44,982 nucleotides of DNA from an uncultured Gammaproteobacteria bacterium (lineage in GTDB: Bacteria > Patescibacteriota > Patescibacteriia > Magasanikbacterales > GWA2-37-8): NCBI GenBank assembly GCA_964355175.1, contig CAYHBZ010000001.1:505400-550381 (forward strand). Direction: 5' to 3'. Both the position numbers and the translations under genes were made by a program. Below are positions 11,418 through 18,982 of the stretch, piece after piece; positions within the stretch are counted from its first letter, which is position 1; the number at the start of each line of letters is the position of its first letter. A model generated the notes under the pieces. It made no database searches, was not told the DNA's origin, and worked only from the letters and a program-made list of their open reading frames with translations.

Positions 11418-12655
11418 TTAACTTCTGGCACATCAGCGCCAAATACTTCCACCCAAGGTAGACCGTCAGTCATGAGGGCTTGCATAAATGGCTCTGGATT
11501 CATTTGCTCTACATTGAATACACCTGTTCCCTGCCATTCTCCTTTGAGAATCATCTTGGCCCCAATCATTGGCGGCACACCGGCAGTATAGGAAATACCC
11601 TGAGATTCAGTTTCGCGATAACACTCGGCGTGATCGCAGATATTATAGATATAATAAGATTTTGGTTGATTATTTTTATCCAAACCTTTGATAATACAAC
11701 CAATATTTGTCTTACCAGTATAATTCTTGGCAAGTGAGGCTGGGTCTGGTAATAATTTTTCTAACAATTTAATCGGCACAATTTTTGTACCATTATAATC
11801 CACTTCATCAATACGAGTCATGCCGACATTTTGCAATACGCGCAAATGAGCTAGATATTGTTCGCCAAAAGTCATACCAAAAGTAGCTACTTTCAAAGTT
11901 GGAAAATTTTTGACCAAAGACTGCAATTCCTCATGATAGAGAAGATAAGTTTCTTTTGGTCCGATCTCTGGATAGTTGAAAGCAAAATGATAATCAGGAC
12001 GAGAAGCTAATGGACTAATAATCGGACCCACATCCACCCACTGACCATCTTTCCAAAACTTAGCCGAAGAACCAACTTCGCGTATATTTATTTCCGGACT
12101 AAAATTAGTGGCAAAAACATGACCATGATCACCGGCATTACAATCCATGATATGCAATTCGTGAATTTCATTGAAATATTTTTTGGCGCCGTAAGCGGTC
12201 ATAGCCTGGGTCACGCCCGGATCAAAGCCGCAGCCAAGCACCGCTATCAAGCCGGCTTCTTTAAATTTATCACTCATCGCCCATTGCTCATCATAGCGCA
12301 TACGAGCTTCTTCGATTGGCTCGTAGTTCGCGGTATCGACATAATTCACTTTAGCTTCCAAACAAGCTTCCATCACAATCAGATCAAAATATGGATCAAC
12401 CAAATTGATAAGAATATTTGGACGAAGCTCCTGGAGCAAACGCACCAAATCGGTTTTGTCTGTCATGGTCACTGTCACGGCCGCGGTCTTAATAGTCGTG
12501 CCAGTTAATCTTTTAGCGGCCTCAGCAATACGATCGCATTTTGCCAGCGTACGACTAGCCACAATAATTTCATTAAAAACTTCCGGCTGTTGAGCACACT
12601 TAATGGCAGTAACTTTGGCTACACCACCGGCACCCAAAATGAGAACCTTGTTCAT
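11408..12655 (-). CDS. Carboxynorspermidine synthase/dehydrogenase (saccharopine dehydrogenase family)
   Basis: Rossmann N-terminus MNKVLILGAGGVA. Length and context are typical of CANSDH. The start is taken at 12655, not the 18-codon upstream extension. Confidence 0.85.
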   Translation of the reverse strand: MNKVLILGAGGVAKVTAIKCAQQPEVFNEIIVASRTLAKCDRIAEAAKRLTGTTIKTAAVTVTMTDKTDLVRLLQELRPNILINLVDPYFDLIVMEACLEAKVNYVDTANYEPIEEARMRYDEQWAMSDKFKEAGLIAVLGCGFDPGVTQAMTAYGAKKYFNEIHELHIMDCNAGDHGHVFATNFSPEINIREVGSSAKFWKDGQWVDVGPIISPLASRPDYHFAFNYPEIGPKETYLLYHEELQSLVKNFPTLKVATFGMTFGEQYLAHLRVLQNVGMTRIDEVDYNGTKIVPIKLLEKLLPDPASLAKNYTGKTNIGCIIKGLDKNNQPKSYYIYNICDHAECYRETESQGISYTAGVPPMIGAKMILKGEWQGTGVFNVEQMNPEPFMQALMTDGLPWVEVFGADVPEVKWE

Positions 12656-12725
12656 AGATAATTTAATTAAAATGATTGCTAAATTTAAATAAATTTTACA
12701 CACTAACAATCATAGTGTCAATATA

Positions 12726-12754
12726 TTGACAATTTGGCTTTTCTATGTTAGGAT
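12726..12754 (+). promoter_or_regulatory. Promoter TTGACA-17-TAGGAT with extended -10 TG
   Basis: Hexamers at 12726-12731 and 12749-12754, with TG at 12746-12747. A second perfect TATAAT lies at 12796-12801. Confidence 0.55.
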
Positions 12755-12800
12755 GGCCAATCGTTCTTTTTAAATTTAGTCAAAAAACCAGAGGCTATAA

Positions 12801-12863
12801 TCTCGATTTGAGAAGATTTTTTATATTATTTTTGTAGTCTAAAAATTCTTCTCAAATCCGAGA
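12801..12863 (+). promoter_or_regulatory. Long 5'-leader hairpin (stem of about 20 bp)
   Basis: tctcgatttgagaagatttt (12801-12820) pairs with aaaaattcttctcaaatccgaga (12841-12863) with two bulges. No U-tract follows on the plus strand. A small cccct/agggg hairpin follows at 12875-12889. Confidence 0.6.
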
Positions 12864-12921
12864 GTTTCCCTCAACCCCTGGGCTAGGGGCAGAAGACACC
12901 AAGATTGAAAAAAGAGGATCC

Positions 12922-13704
12922 ATGAACACGCACTTCCATATCAACGATCAAGGCTTCTTCGTCCCGACGGCCGAAATCAAGGGAGAAACGCTACCTGGCA
13001 ACGAGGACATCGACATCACCCAGGCTGGCGGTATCCAGGCGACTCTCCACCCCATCTTCCACCGTATCAAGGAGTCGTTTCCGCACTCGATGAACTTCGG
13101 CACGTTGGCAGAGTTCGAAGAACGTACCCGTTGGCTCAAGCGGCGACTGGGCGAGGAAGACGAGTACCGCAAACTCGCCAACGGTGTCTGCCTGCCGCTC
13201 GTACTGGGTCAGTACACGTCGACCAATCTAGGCTCCAACCTGGAGAAAACGTTCATCGCGTCTGCGGCACGATCGTACTGTCTGGATTTTCCGGGCCGCG
13301 AACTCGTGAACTACCGCAAGGGCAAGCTGGCCGACATGGTGGAGATCGTCGAAGGCACTCGTCACGATCGCGTGATCGCGAAGATGGCCGAAAGTCCGGT
13401 CTACGCGTTGTACTTCCCGTACGCGCTGTTGGGCTGGTCCATCCCGGCCGATCGCGAACTGATCGCCATGTTGCCCGAAAACTTCGCGCTGACGGGTGGC
13501 ATCGACACCGCCACGGCTTTGGCTGGCTACAGCTACCTGTTGGCCAGCAACTACCGCAAGCCCACCTTGGACTGCGCGGCAATCTGCTGGGACAACCCCA
13601 ACCGGTCGCTGTTCTTTCGTCCCGACGACGACGAACTCGTCTTCGACCGTGGTCGGCTCAGTGCCGACGAGAACTACGCGGGCGGTCTCCTGTACCTCGG
13701 GTAG
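12922..13704 (+). CDS. Orphan hypothetical protein (260 aa) with foreign high-GC codon usage
   Basis: ATG is preceded by AAGAGGA 4 nt upstream. GC3 is about 75% by hand count over the first 72 codons. No motif I recognise. The overlapping ORFs in other frames are typical high-GC shadows. Confidence 0.8.
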   Translation: MNTHFHINDQGFFVPTAEIKGETLPGNEDIDITQAGGIQATLHPIFHRIKESFPHSMNFGTLAEFEERTRWLKRRLGEEDEYRKLANGVCLPLVLGQYTSTNLGSNLEKTFIASAARSYCLDFPGRELVNYRKGKLADMVEIVEGTRHDRVIAKMAESPVYALYFPYALLGWSIPADRELIAMLPENFALTGGIDTATALAGYSYLLASNYRKPTLDCAAICWDNPNRSLFFRPDDDELVFDRGRLSADENYAGGLLYLG

Positions 13705-13787
13705 CGTCGGCCAGTCGACGTAGTGGTTTTTTTGACAACTATGTTCAGCACTAAGTCGTTCGCGATTTGGTGTCAAACTCTTACCTC

Positions 13788-13825
13788 CACGACCGGGCCC
13801 AACAGCCCGGTCGTCGTGTTTTTAT
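13788..13825 (+). terminator. GC-rich intrinsic terminator (cgaccgggc...gcccggtcg + T-run)
   Basis: 9-bp GC stem followed by tcgtgttttt. A weaker hairpin plus T7 lies at 13706-13733. Confidence 0.75.
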
Positions 13826-13870
13826 TATTGTAATTGAATAAATTTTGTGATAGCATTATCGTATATAAAA

Positions 13871-15226
13871 ATGACTATGTCCAAAAAATATATCGTCAAT
13901 AAATGCGGCGGTGGCATCATGGTGCCGACTCTCTTGCCACTCGTAAAAAAAGAACTTCAAAAACAAATTAAGAGTGGTCATTATCCAATTGTTGTTGTTT
14001 CGGCCATCAAAGATGTCACCGACACCATTATTGAATTTTTGTCAGCCTTATCGAAAAATAAAAAATCTTCTCAGGACATTGAAAAATTCATCGCCCATTT
14101 GCGTGGTATGCATTTGAAACTATTTCAATCCATGGGCGTGACCCAAGAAATAGAAAATCGCATATATACCCACTTGGATAAACTATTTGTTTTATTATCC
14201 AGCGACCTACAAAATTATTTAAAAAACAACTCTCCTGAATTGGAAACCAAAATCACGGCTTATGGAGAAAAATTATCCGCCGTATGTGCGGCTGAATATT
14301 TTTCTGCCAATAATTTAACTGCCACCGCGGTCTTTGCCGAAAATATTCCGGTGATTACCGATGATGTAGTGAAAGATGCTAATATTTTATATCCAGAATC
14401 AGAAAAAAATTTACAACGCTATATTTCAACCATAAAATCCATACCAGTAATTGCTGGATTTACTGGAAAAACTTCTAATGGAATAACTACTCTTCTAGGA
14501 AGAGGCGGCACTGACACTACTGCTTGTTTTGTTGGAGCCGCATTACGCGCCCACAAAGTAGTATTATGGAAAGATGTCGGGGCAGTATATTCGGCCGACC
14601 CAAGATTGGTACCACAGGCCCGCACCATTCCATTTTTGAGCTACGATGAAATAGAAGAAGCCGGCAAAATTATTCAAGGAAAAGCCGTGCGTTATTTGCG
14701 CCAATACAAAATTTCAGCCGAAATTGCTTCTTTGATGAACGCAAAAGACAAAACTACTGTCCGCGATACCAAACAAACAAAACCAGGCGCCAAGATGGTA
14801 AGCTTCAAAAAAAATCTGACACTTTTTTCTCTTCACCAGGGAGACGCCAGAGGATATGAAACACTTTTTGAACTAAGCAATCTGTGTGCTCGCCATAAAG
14901 TAAATGTAGTACTGGTCTGGAACGACCCAGCCAATCTACATGTAGCCGTAGAAGATACCAGCGGCCTGTTGTCCGATCTAAAACAAGATGTAAAAAATAA
15001 ATTTCCTCAAATTATTATCGAGACAGTGCACATGATTACTATTGTTGGTAACTTTAGCTGGAAAGATGTAAATATTTTTAATAAAACTCTAAACACACTT
15101 GATAAAAACGCTTTGATGGGTGCGTACCCATATCCCCAATGCATGAGAATGGAAGGTATAGTAGTTGCCAAAAACGATCTACCATCCCTGTTGCGTTCTA
15201 TGCATAAAACTTTTATTCATAAATAA
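13871..15226 (+). CDS. Aspartate kinase
   Basis: Amino-acid kinase fold (KCGGG, VVVVSA, LGRGGTDTTA) with a C-terminal ACT-like region. I prefer the ATG at 13871 over the GTG at 13847. Confidence 0.8.
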   Translation: MTMSKKYIVNKCGGGIMVPTLLPLVKKELQKQIKSGHYPIVVVSAIKDVTDTIIEFLSALSKNKKSSQDIEKFIAHLRGMHLKLFQSMGVTQEIENRIYTHLDKLFVLLSSDLQNYLKNNSPELETKITAYGEKLSAVCAAEYFSANNLTATAVFAENIPVITDDVVKDANILYPESEKNLQRYISTIKSIPVIAGFTGKTSNGITTLLGRGGTDTTACFVGAALRAHKVVLWKDVGAVYSADPRLVPQARTIPFLSYDEIEEAGKIIQGKAVRYLRQYKISAEIASLMNAKDKTTVRDTKQTKPGAKMVSFKKNLTLFSLHQGDARGYETLFELSNLCARHKVNVVLVWNDPANLHVAVEDTSGLLSDLKQDVKNKFPQIIIETVHMITIVGNFSWKDVNIFNKTLNTLDKNALMGAYPYPQCMRMEGIVVAKNDLPSLLRSMHKTFIHK

Positions 15227-15233
15227 TTAATTT

Positions 15234-16319
15234 ATGTTTCGTGTTGGAATTATCGGCGCTACCGGTATGGTGGGACAAAGATATATTACCTTACTGGTAG
15301 GACATCCATGGTTCAAAGTGACCTGTGTAGCGGCTTCAGCCAACTCCGCTGGAGTGACCTACGCCGAATCGGTAAAGGGACGCTGGCAAATGAGCGAATC
15401 AATCCCCACAGAAGTTGGCAAACTCACGGTAATGGATGCGGTCAATATTGAAGACATTGCTCGTGCTTGTGATTTTGTTTTTTCAGCCGTAGAAATGCCG
15501 GACAAAGAAAAAGTAAAACAATTGGAAGAAGATTTGGCTGGGGCAGGATTGCCAGTAATTTCCAACGCTTCCGCTCACCGCTGGACAGAGGATGTACCGA
15601 TGTTGCTTCCGGAAATAAATTCCGACCACACCAAAATGATTGACGCTCAAAGGAAAAATCGCGGTTGGTCCAAAGGCTTTATCGCAGTGAAACCAAACTG
15701 CAGTATCCAAAGTTTTTTAACACCGATACACGCTTTGCGCCAAGCCGGATATGAAATCGACCGCTTGTCGGTCGTGACCATGCAAGCAATTTCCGGCGCG
15801 GGCTATCCGGGCGTACCAAGTCTCGATATGGTAGATAATGTCGTGCCATACATTGGTGGCGAAGAAGAAAAAACCGAAAAAGAACCGCTCAAAATTTTGG
15901 GCGAAGTAAAAAAAGGAAAATTTGTTTTAGCTGATAATCTCACCATCACCGCCGCCTGCAATCGCGTACCGGTAAGCGACGGCCATACCGCTTGTGTGAG
16001 TATGTCATTTAAGAAAAAGAGACCAACCAAAGAAAAAATTATTTCTATCTGGAAATCTTTTTCCGCCGTACCGCAAAAATTAGATCTGCCAATGGCTCCA
16101 AAACAAGCCATCATATATCTAGACGAAGAGAATCGCCCTCAACCAAAAAAAGATCGCGACAGCGAAAAAGGAATGGCCGTCAGCATCGGTCGTCTGCGCG
16201 AATGTCCCTTGTTTGATTTTAAATTTGTCGCCCTAAGTCACAACACTATCCGCGGCGCCGCTGGTGGCGGAATTTTGAATGCCGAACTTTTGGTAGAACA
16301 AGGATACATCAAAAAATAG
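15234..16319 (+). CDS. asd: Aspartate-semialdehyde dehydrogenase
   Basis: IIGATGMVGQ NAD(P)-binding loop, active-site KPNCSIQ, and SHNTIRGAAGG. Confidence 0.9.
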   Translation: MFRVGIIGATGMVGQRYITLLVGHPWFKVTCVAASANSAGVTYAESVKGRWQMSESIPTEVGKLTVMDAVNIEDIARACDFVFSAVEMPDKEKVKQLEEDLAGAGLPVISNASAHRWTEDVPMLLPEINSDHTKMIDAQRKNRGWSKGFIAVKPNCSIQSFLTPIHALRQAGYEIDRLSVVTMQAISGAGYPGVPSLDMVDNVVPYIGGEEEKTEKEPLKILGEVKKGKFVLADNLTITAACNRVPVSDGHTACVSMSFKKKRPTKEKIISIWKSFSAVPQKLDLPMAPKQAIIYLDEENRPQPKKDRDSEKGMAVSIGRLRECPLFDFKFVALSHNTIRGAAGGGILNAELLVEQGYIKK

Positions 16320-16330
16320 ATGGTGGAATA

Positions 16331-16369
16331 AAAAAATAATACGGATAATTTATCCGTATTATTTTTTTA
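16331..16369. terminator. Bidirectional terminator between convergent asd and the agmatinase gene
   Basis: aataatacggata / tatccgtattatt stem flanked by an A-run and a T-run. Confidence 0.65.
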
Positions 16370-16375
16370 TGATAA

Positions 16376-17293
16376 TTACTTGCTCTTAAGCAAAAACTTG
16401 TAATTAAACAATTTATAAACAAGTAGCGCCGCCATAAATTCCGAAGCCGGCAAACCTTTTATCGGTGCCAACTCATTCACATCAAACCCAACTACATTTT
16501 TATTTTTAAATACAGATCTCATTAAATCCAGACAATCATACCAATTCAGACCACCCGGCTCCGGTGTACCCGTAGCTGGCAAAAAACTAGGATCAAAACC
16601 ATCCAGATCAATACTGATATAAACATCCTTTTTTAATTGACAAACAATTTTGGCAATAGATTTAGCTTTCGTAGCCGCGTCAAAACCAAAACGGCTTGGA
16701 CTATAAATTCTATCCATGTATTTATTCTTTTTCACCCAATCAATTTCTCCTTGTGAAATACTGCGAATACCTACTTGAATTACAGTGTCGACATAATCAT
16801 AACTGCGTTTCATGGAGCAAGCATGACTATATTTTGTTCCTTCATAACTATCACGCAAATCACCGTGCGCGTCCCAATGTAAGACCGATAAATTTTTATA
16901 TTTTTGCGACAATGCTTTCACTGCGCCTGGCGTGATCGAGTGTTCACCACCAATCATACCCACAAATTTTCCATCTTTGATAAGTTCCGCGTATTTTTTG
17001 AAAACCGTATTAAACATTTTTTCCGGTGGCATTTCTTTTACTTTCATAAACGGCAAAGTATGTAGACCATACTTGGCATAGGCCTCCACATCAAATTCAC
17101 GATCATAATATTCCATCTGCGGCGAAGCAGCAATCAAAGCGGCCGGACCTTTGTCCGCGCCTTTGCCGTAAGAAGAAGTCTTGTCGTATGGTACTGGCAA
17201 AAGCACCGCTTTGGAATTTTTATAAGTTTGACCTTCAAAACCACCAAATGTTGGAGCGTATTTTATTCTTTTGTGCATAAAAAATTTTACCAA
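16376..17293 (-). CDS. speB: Agmatinase (ureohydrolase/arginase family)
   Basis: Mn-ligand motifs GGEHSIT, HWDAHGDLRD and SIDLDGFDPS. It overlaps the upstream decarboxylase gene by 7 nt. Confidence 0.85.
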   Translation of the reverse strand: MVKFFMHKRIKYAPTFGGFEGQTYKNSKAVLLPVPYDKTSSYGKGADKGPAALIAASPQMEYYDREFDVEAYAKYGLHTLPFMKVKEMPPEKMFNTVFKKYAELIKDGKFVGMIGGEHSITPGAVKALSQKYKNLSVLHWDAHGDLRDSYEGTKYSHACSMKRSYDYVDTVIQVGIRSISQGEIDWVKKNKYMDRIYSPSRFGFDAATKAKSIAKIVCQLKKDVYISIDLDGFDPSFLPATGTPEPGGLNWYDCLDLMRSVFKNKNVVGFDVNELAPIKGLPASEFMAALLVYKLFNYKFLLKSK

Positions 17294-18645
17294 CCAAACT
17301 TCTTCCCGATTTCTTCGGGAGTTTGATGCTCACGGGCGACATTGATATCACCATCTTGGCATACAATATTGGCTGGAGAAGATAATAAACAATGTTGAGA
17401 ACCTAGAGCGTCCTGATAAGCACCGGTATCAAAGAAAGCCACATACTGAGTTTCACCTTCTTCAATTTTTGGCAAACGCACATAACTACCGCCGGTATAT
17501 TTATCATCACTATCACAGCTACTACCACAGAGCCAAACTCTTTCTAATTTTTTGGAATTTAAATTATTGATTGGCACCACATGCCATTTTTGTTTAATAG
17601 ACCAGGTATCAATCAAATCATTCATAAAACTGCCGTCAATCACATACCACTTGCGAGCGGCCGCGCCTTTTTTAATATCTTTTTGACCGATAACTTTAAA
17701 AATTGTAATCTGTGACGGCGCCATAATATGACTACCCCATTCACAAATAATATGCGGCGGCTGAACACCATCACCGTTGCCGGTATGTTTGGCCAGATAA
17801 CTCACAATTCTCTGCACAATCCCTTGGACGGAATACATTTTTTTCTTATCGCGATTCACCGCAAAGCCACCACCAATATTGATAGTATCAAGTTGCGGAT
17901 TTACTTTTTTCAATTTTTTATAAATAGACAGGCCTTCTTTGAGAGCGGCCATAATATCATTGGCATGCGGAATCTGAGTACCAACATGATAATGTAAGAT
18001 TTTAAGATTACGCAATTTGCCTAAATCTAATAATTCTTCCGGTGTAAAACCAAAACGATCAATCGAATGATCCCAATGTGATTTGGTGCGCACAGAAAGA
18101 TCCACGCGAATACCAACTTCACCTTTATAGTTGCGTAAATAATTAAGTTCGTGCTGATTTTCAATAATTGGCACAATGTCGAGACCCTGCTCACGCAATT
18201 CTTTGATCAAAGCCAAATATTCATGGGTCTTTGGACCATTACAAATAACTTTGATACGAGAATTAAATTTATGCTGTTCCCACAAACGCTTCACAATCCA
18301 TAGCTCATTGGCGGAAGAAGTTTCAAGATTTGCACCCTCAGTAATAAGCGGCAAAATAAATTCACGGTTCTGATTTACTTTCATTGGGTAATGAAAGTAA
18401 AATTTACCCTTATACTTATACTTCTTAATATAAAAATCAAAAGTCTTAATCAAATTTTCAACACGATTTTCAATAATAAAAGGAAAGACCATCTCTAAAG
18501 AGGTTTCATATTTTTGAGTGAGTTCGTGAAGATTATACTGGTAGTTGCCTTCTTTTACCAAAAGTTCACCGTCCTTATTGATGTCGAAAAATTGTGTATC
18601 AAATTCCGGTTTACCAAGCTTCCAGAATTCCTTGAAGTTTTGCAT
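17287..18645 (-). CDS. PLP-dependent Orn/DAP/Arg decarboxylase family protein, probably a short arginine decarboxylase
   Basis: HYHVGTQI, INIGGGFAV, CGSSCDSDD and FFDTGAYQ. Its coupling to agmatinase argues for arginine as substrate; this is inference. Confidence 0.75.
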   Translation of the reverse strand: MQNFKEFWKLGKPEFDTQFFDINKDGELLVKEGNYQYNLHELTQKYETSLEMVFPFIIENRVENLIKTFDFYIKKYKYKGKFYFHYPMKVNQNREFILPLITEGANLETSSANELWIVKRLWEQHKFNSRIKVICNGPKTHEYLALIKELREQGLDIVPIIENQHELNYLRNYKGEVGIRVDLSVRTKSHWDHSIDRFGFTPEELLDLGKLRNLKILHYHVGTQIPHANDIMAALKEGLSIYKKLKKVNPQLDTINIGGGFAVNRDKKKMYSVQGIVQRIVSYLAKHTGNGDGVQPPHIICEWGSHIMAPSQITIFKVIGQKDIKKGAAARKWYVIDGSFMNDLIDTWSIKQKWHVVPINNLNSKKLERVWLCGSSCDSDDKYTGGSYVRLPKIEEGETQYVAFFDTGAYQDALGSQHCLLSSPANIVCQDGDINVAREHQTPEEIGKKFGW

Positions 18646-18695
18646 AAGCGCCTAAATGAGTACAAATTTAGTAAAAACCCATTAAATATGCATGT

Positions 18696-18724
18696 ATTAT
18701 AGCATAAAAAAGCAGTTTTGTCAA
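18696..18724 (-). promoter_or_regulatory. Perfect consensus promoter TTGACA-17-TATAAT for the decarboxylase-agmatinase operon
   Basis: The minus strand reads TTGACAaaactgcttttttatgcTATAAT, about 50 nt upstream of the ATG at 18645. Confidence 0.7.
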
Positions 18725-18752
18725 TGGGTTTTCGCCATTTTTTCCTCGCTGA

Positions 18753-18924
18753 AAAACTTTCTGGCTAGATTTTTTGCCATTGCGAAGCTCTTGGAAACAA
18801 ATTAATAAATTTTTTAGTAAAATGTCGCTGTTTGAGCGAAGCGAGTTGTGCATTTTACGTTAAGAAAAATTTGTTAATTTGTCCAAAGCGTAGCACAGGC
18901 AAAAAATCTAGCCAGAAAGTTTTG
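18753..18924. repeat. Imperfect palindrome of about 170 bp (element E2)
   Basis: Perfect 25-nt arms (18754-18778 versus 18898-18922) plus further partial arm pairing. The central core is gctgtttgagcgaagcgagtt (18827-18847), shared with E1. Confidence 0.8.
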
Positions 18925-18940
18925 AAGCCAAGAATAAACA

Positions 18941-18972
18941 AAAATACCCTCAACCTAAGTCGAGGGTATTTA
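18941..18972 (-). terminator. pnp intrinsic terminator
   Basis: The minus strand reads ataccctcgacttaggttgagggtatttttgttt. The stem-loop sequence closely resembles the terminator at 24835-24878. Confidence 0.7.
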
Positions 18973-18982
18973 AATTTATATT

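Noticed and set aside
9581-12921. Shared GAGGATCCA (BamHI-containing) 9-mer near the left edge of both GC-rich islands (9579-9587 and 12914-12922), considered as a cloning or vector scar or a shared att site
   Set aside because: A single 9-mer shared by two regions of this size is within chance expectation by my rough estimate. No other vector-like sequence or extended identity is visible.
13131-13776. Overlapping ORFs 13131-13754 (+), 13228-13776 (-), 13253-13582 (-), 13496-13723 (+) and 12948-13181 (-)
   Set aside because: These Arg/Pro/Ser-rich shadow ORFs are typical of alternative frames of a high-GC gene. Only the 12922-13704 frame shows strong third-position GC enrichment, an SD and an ATG.
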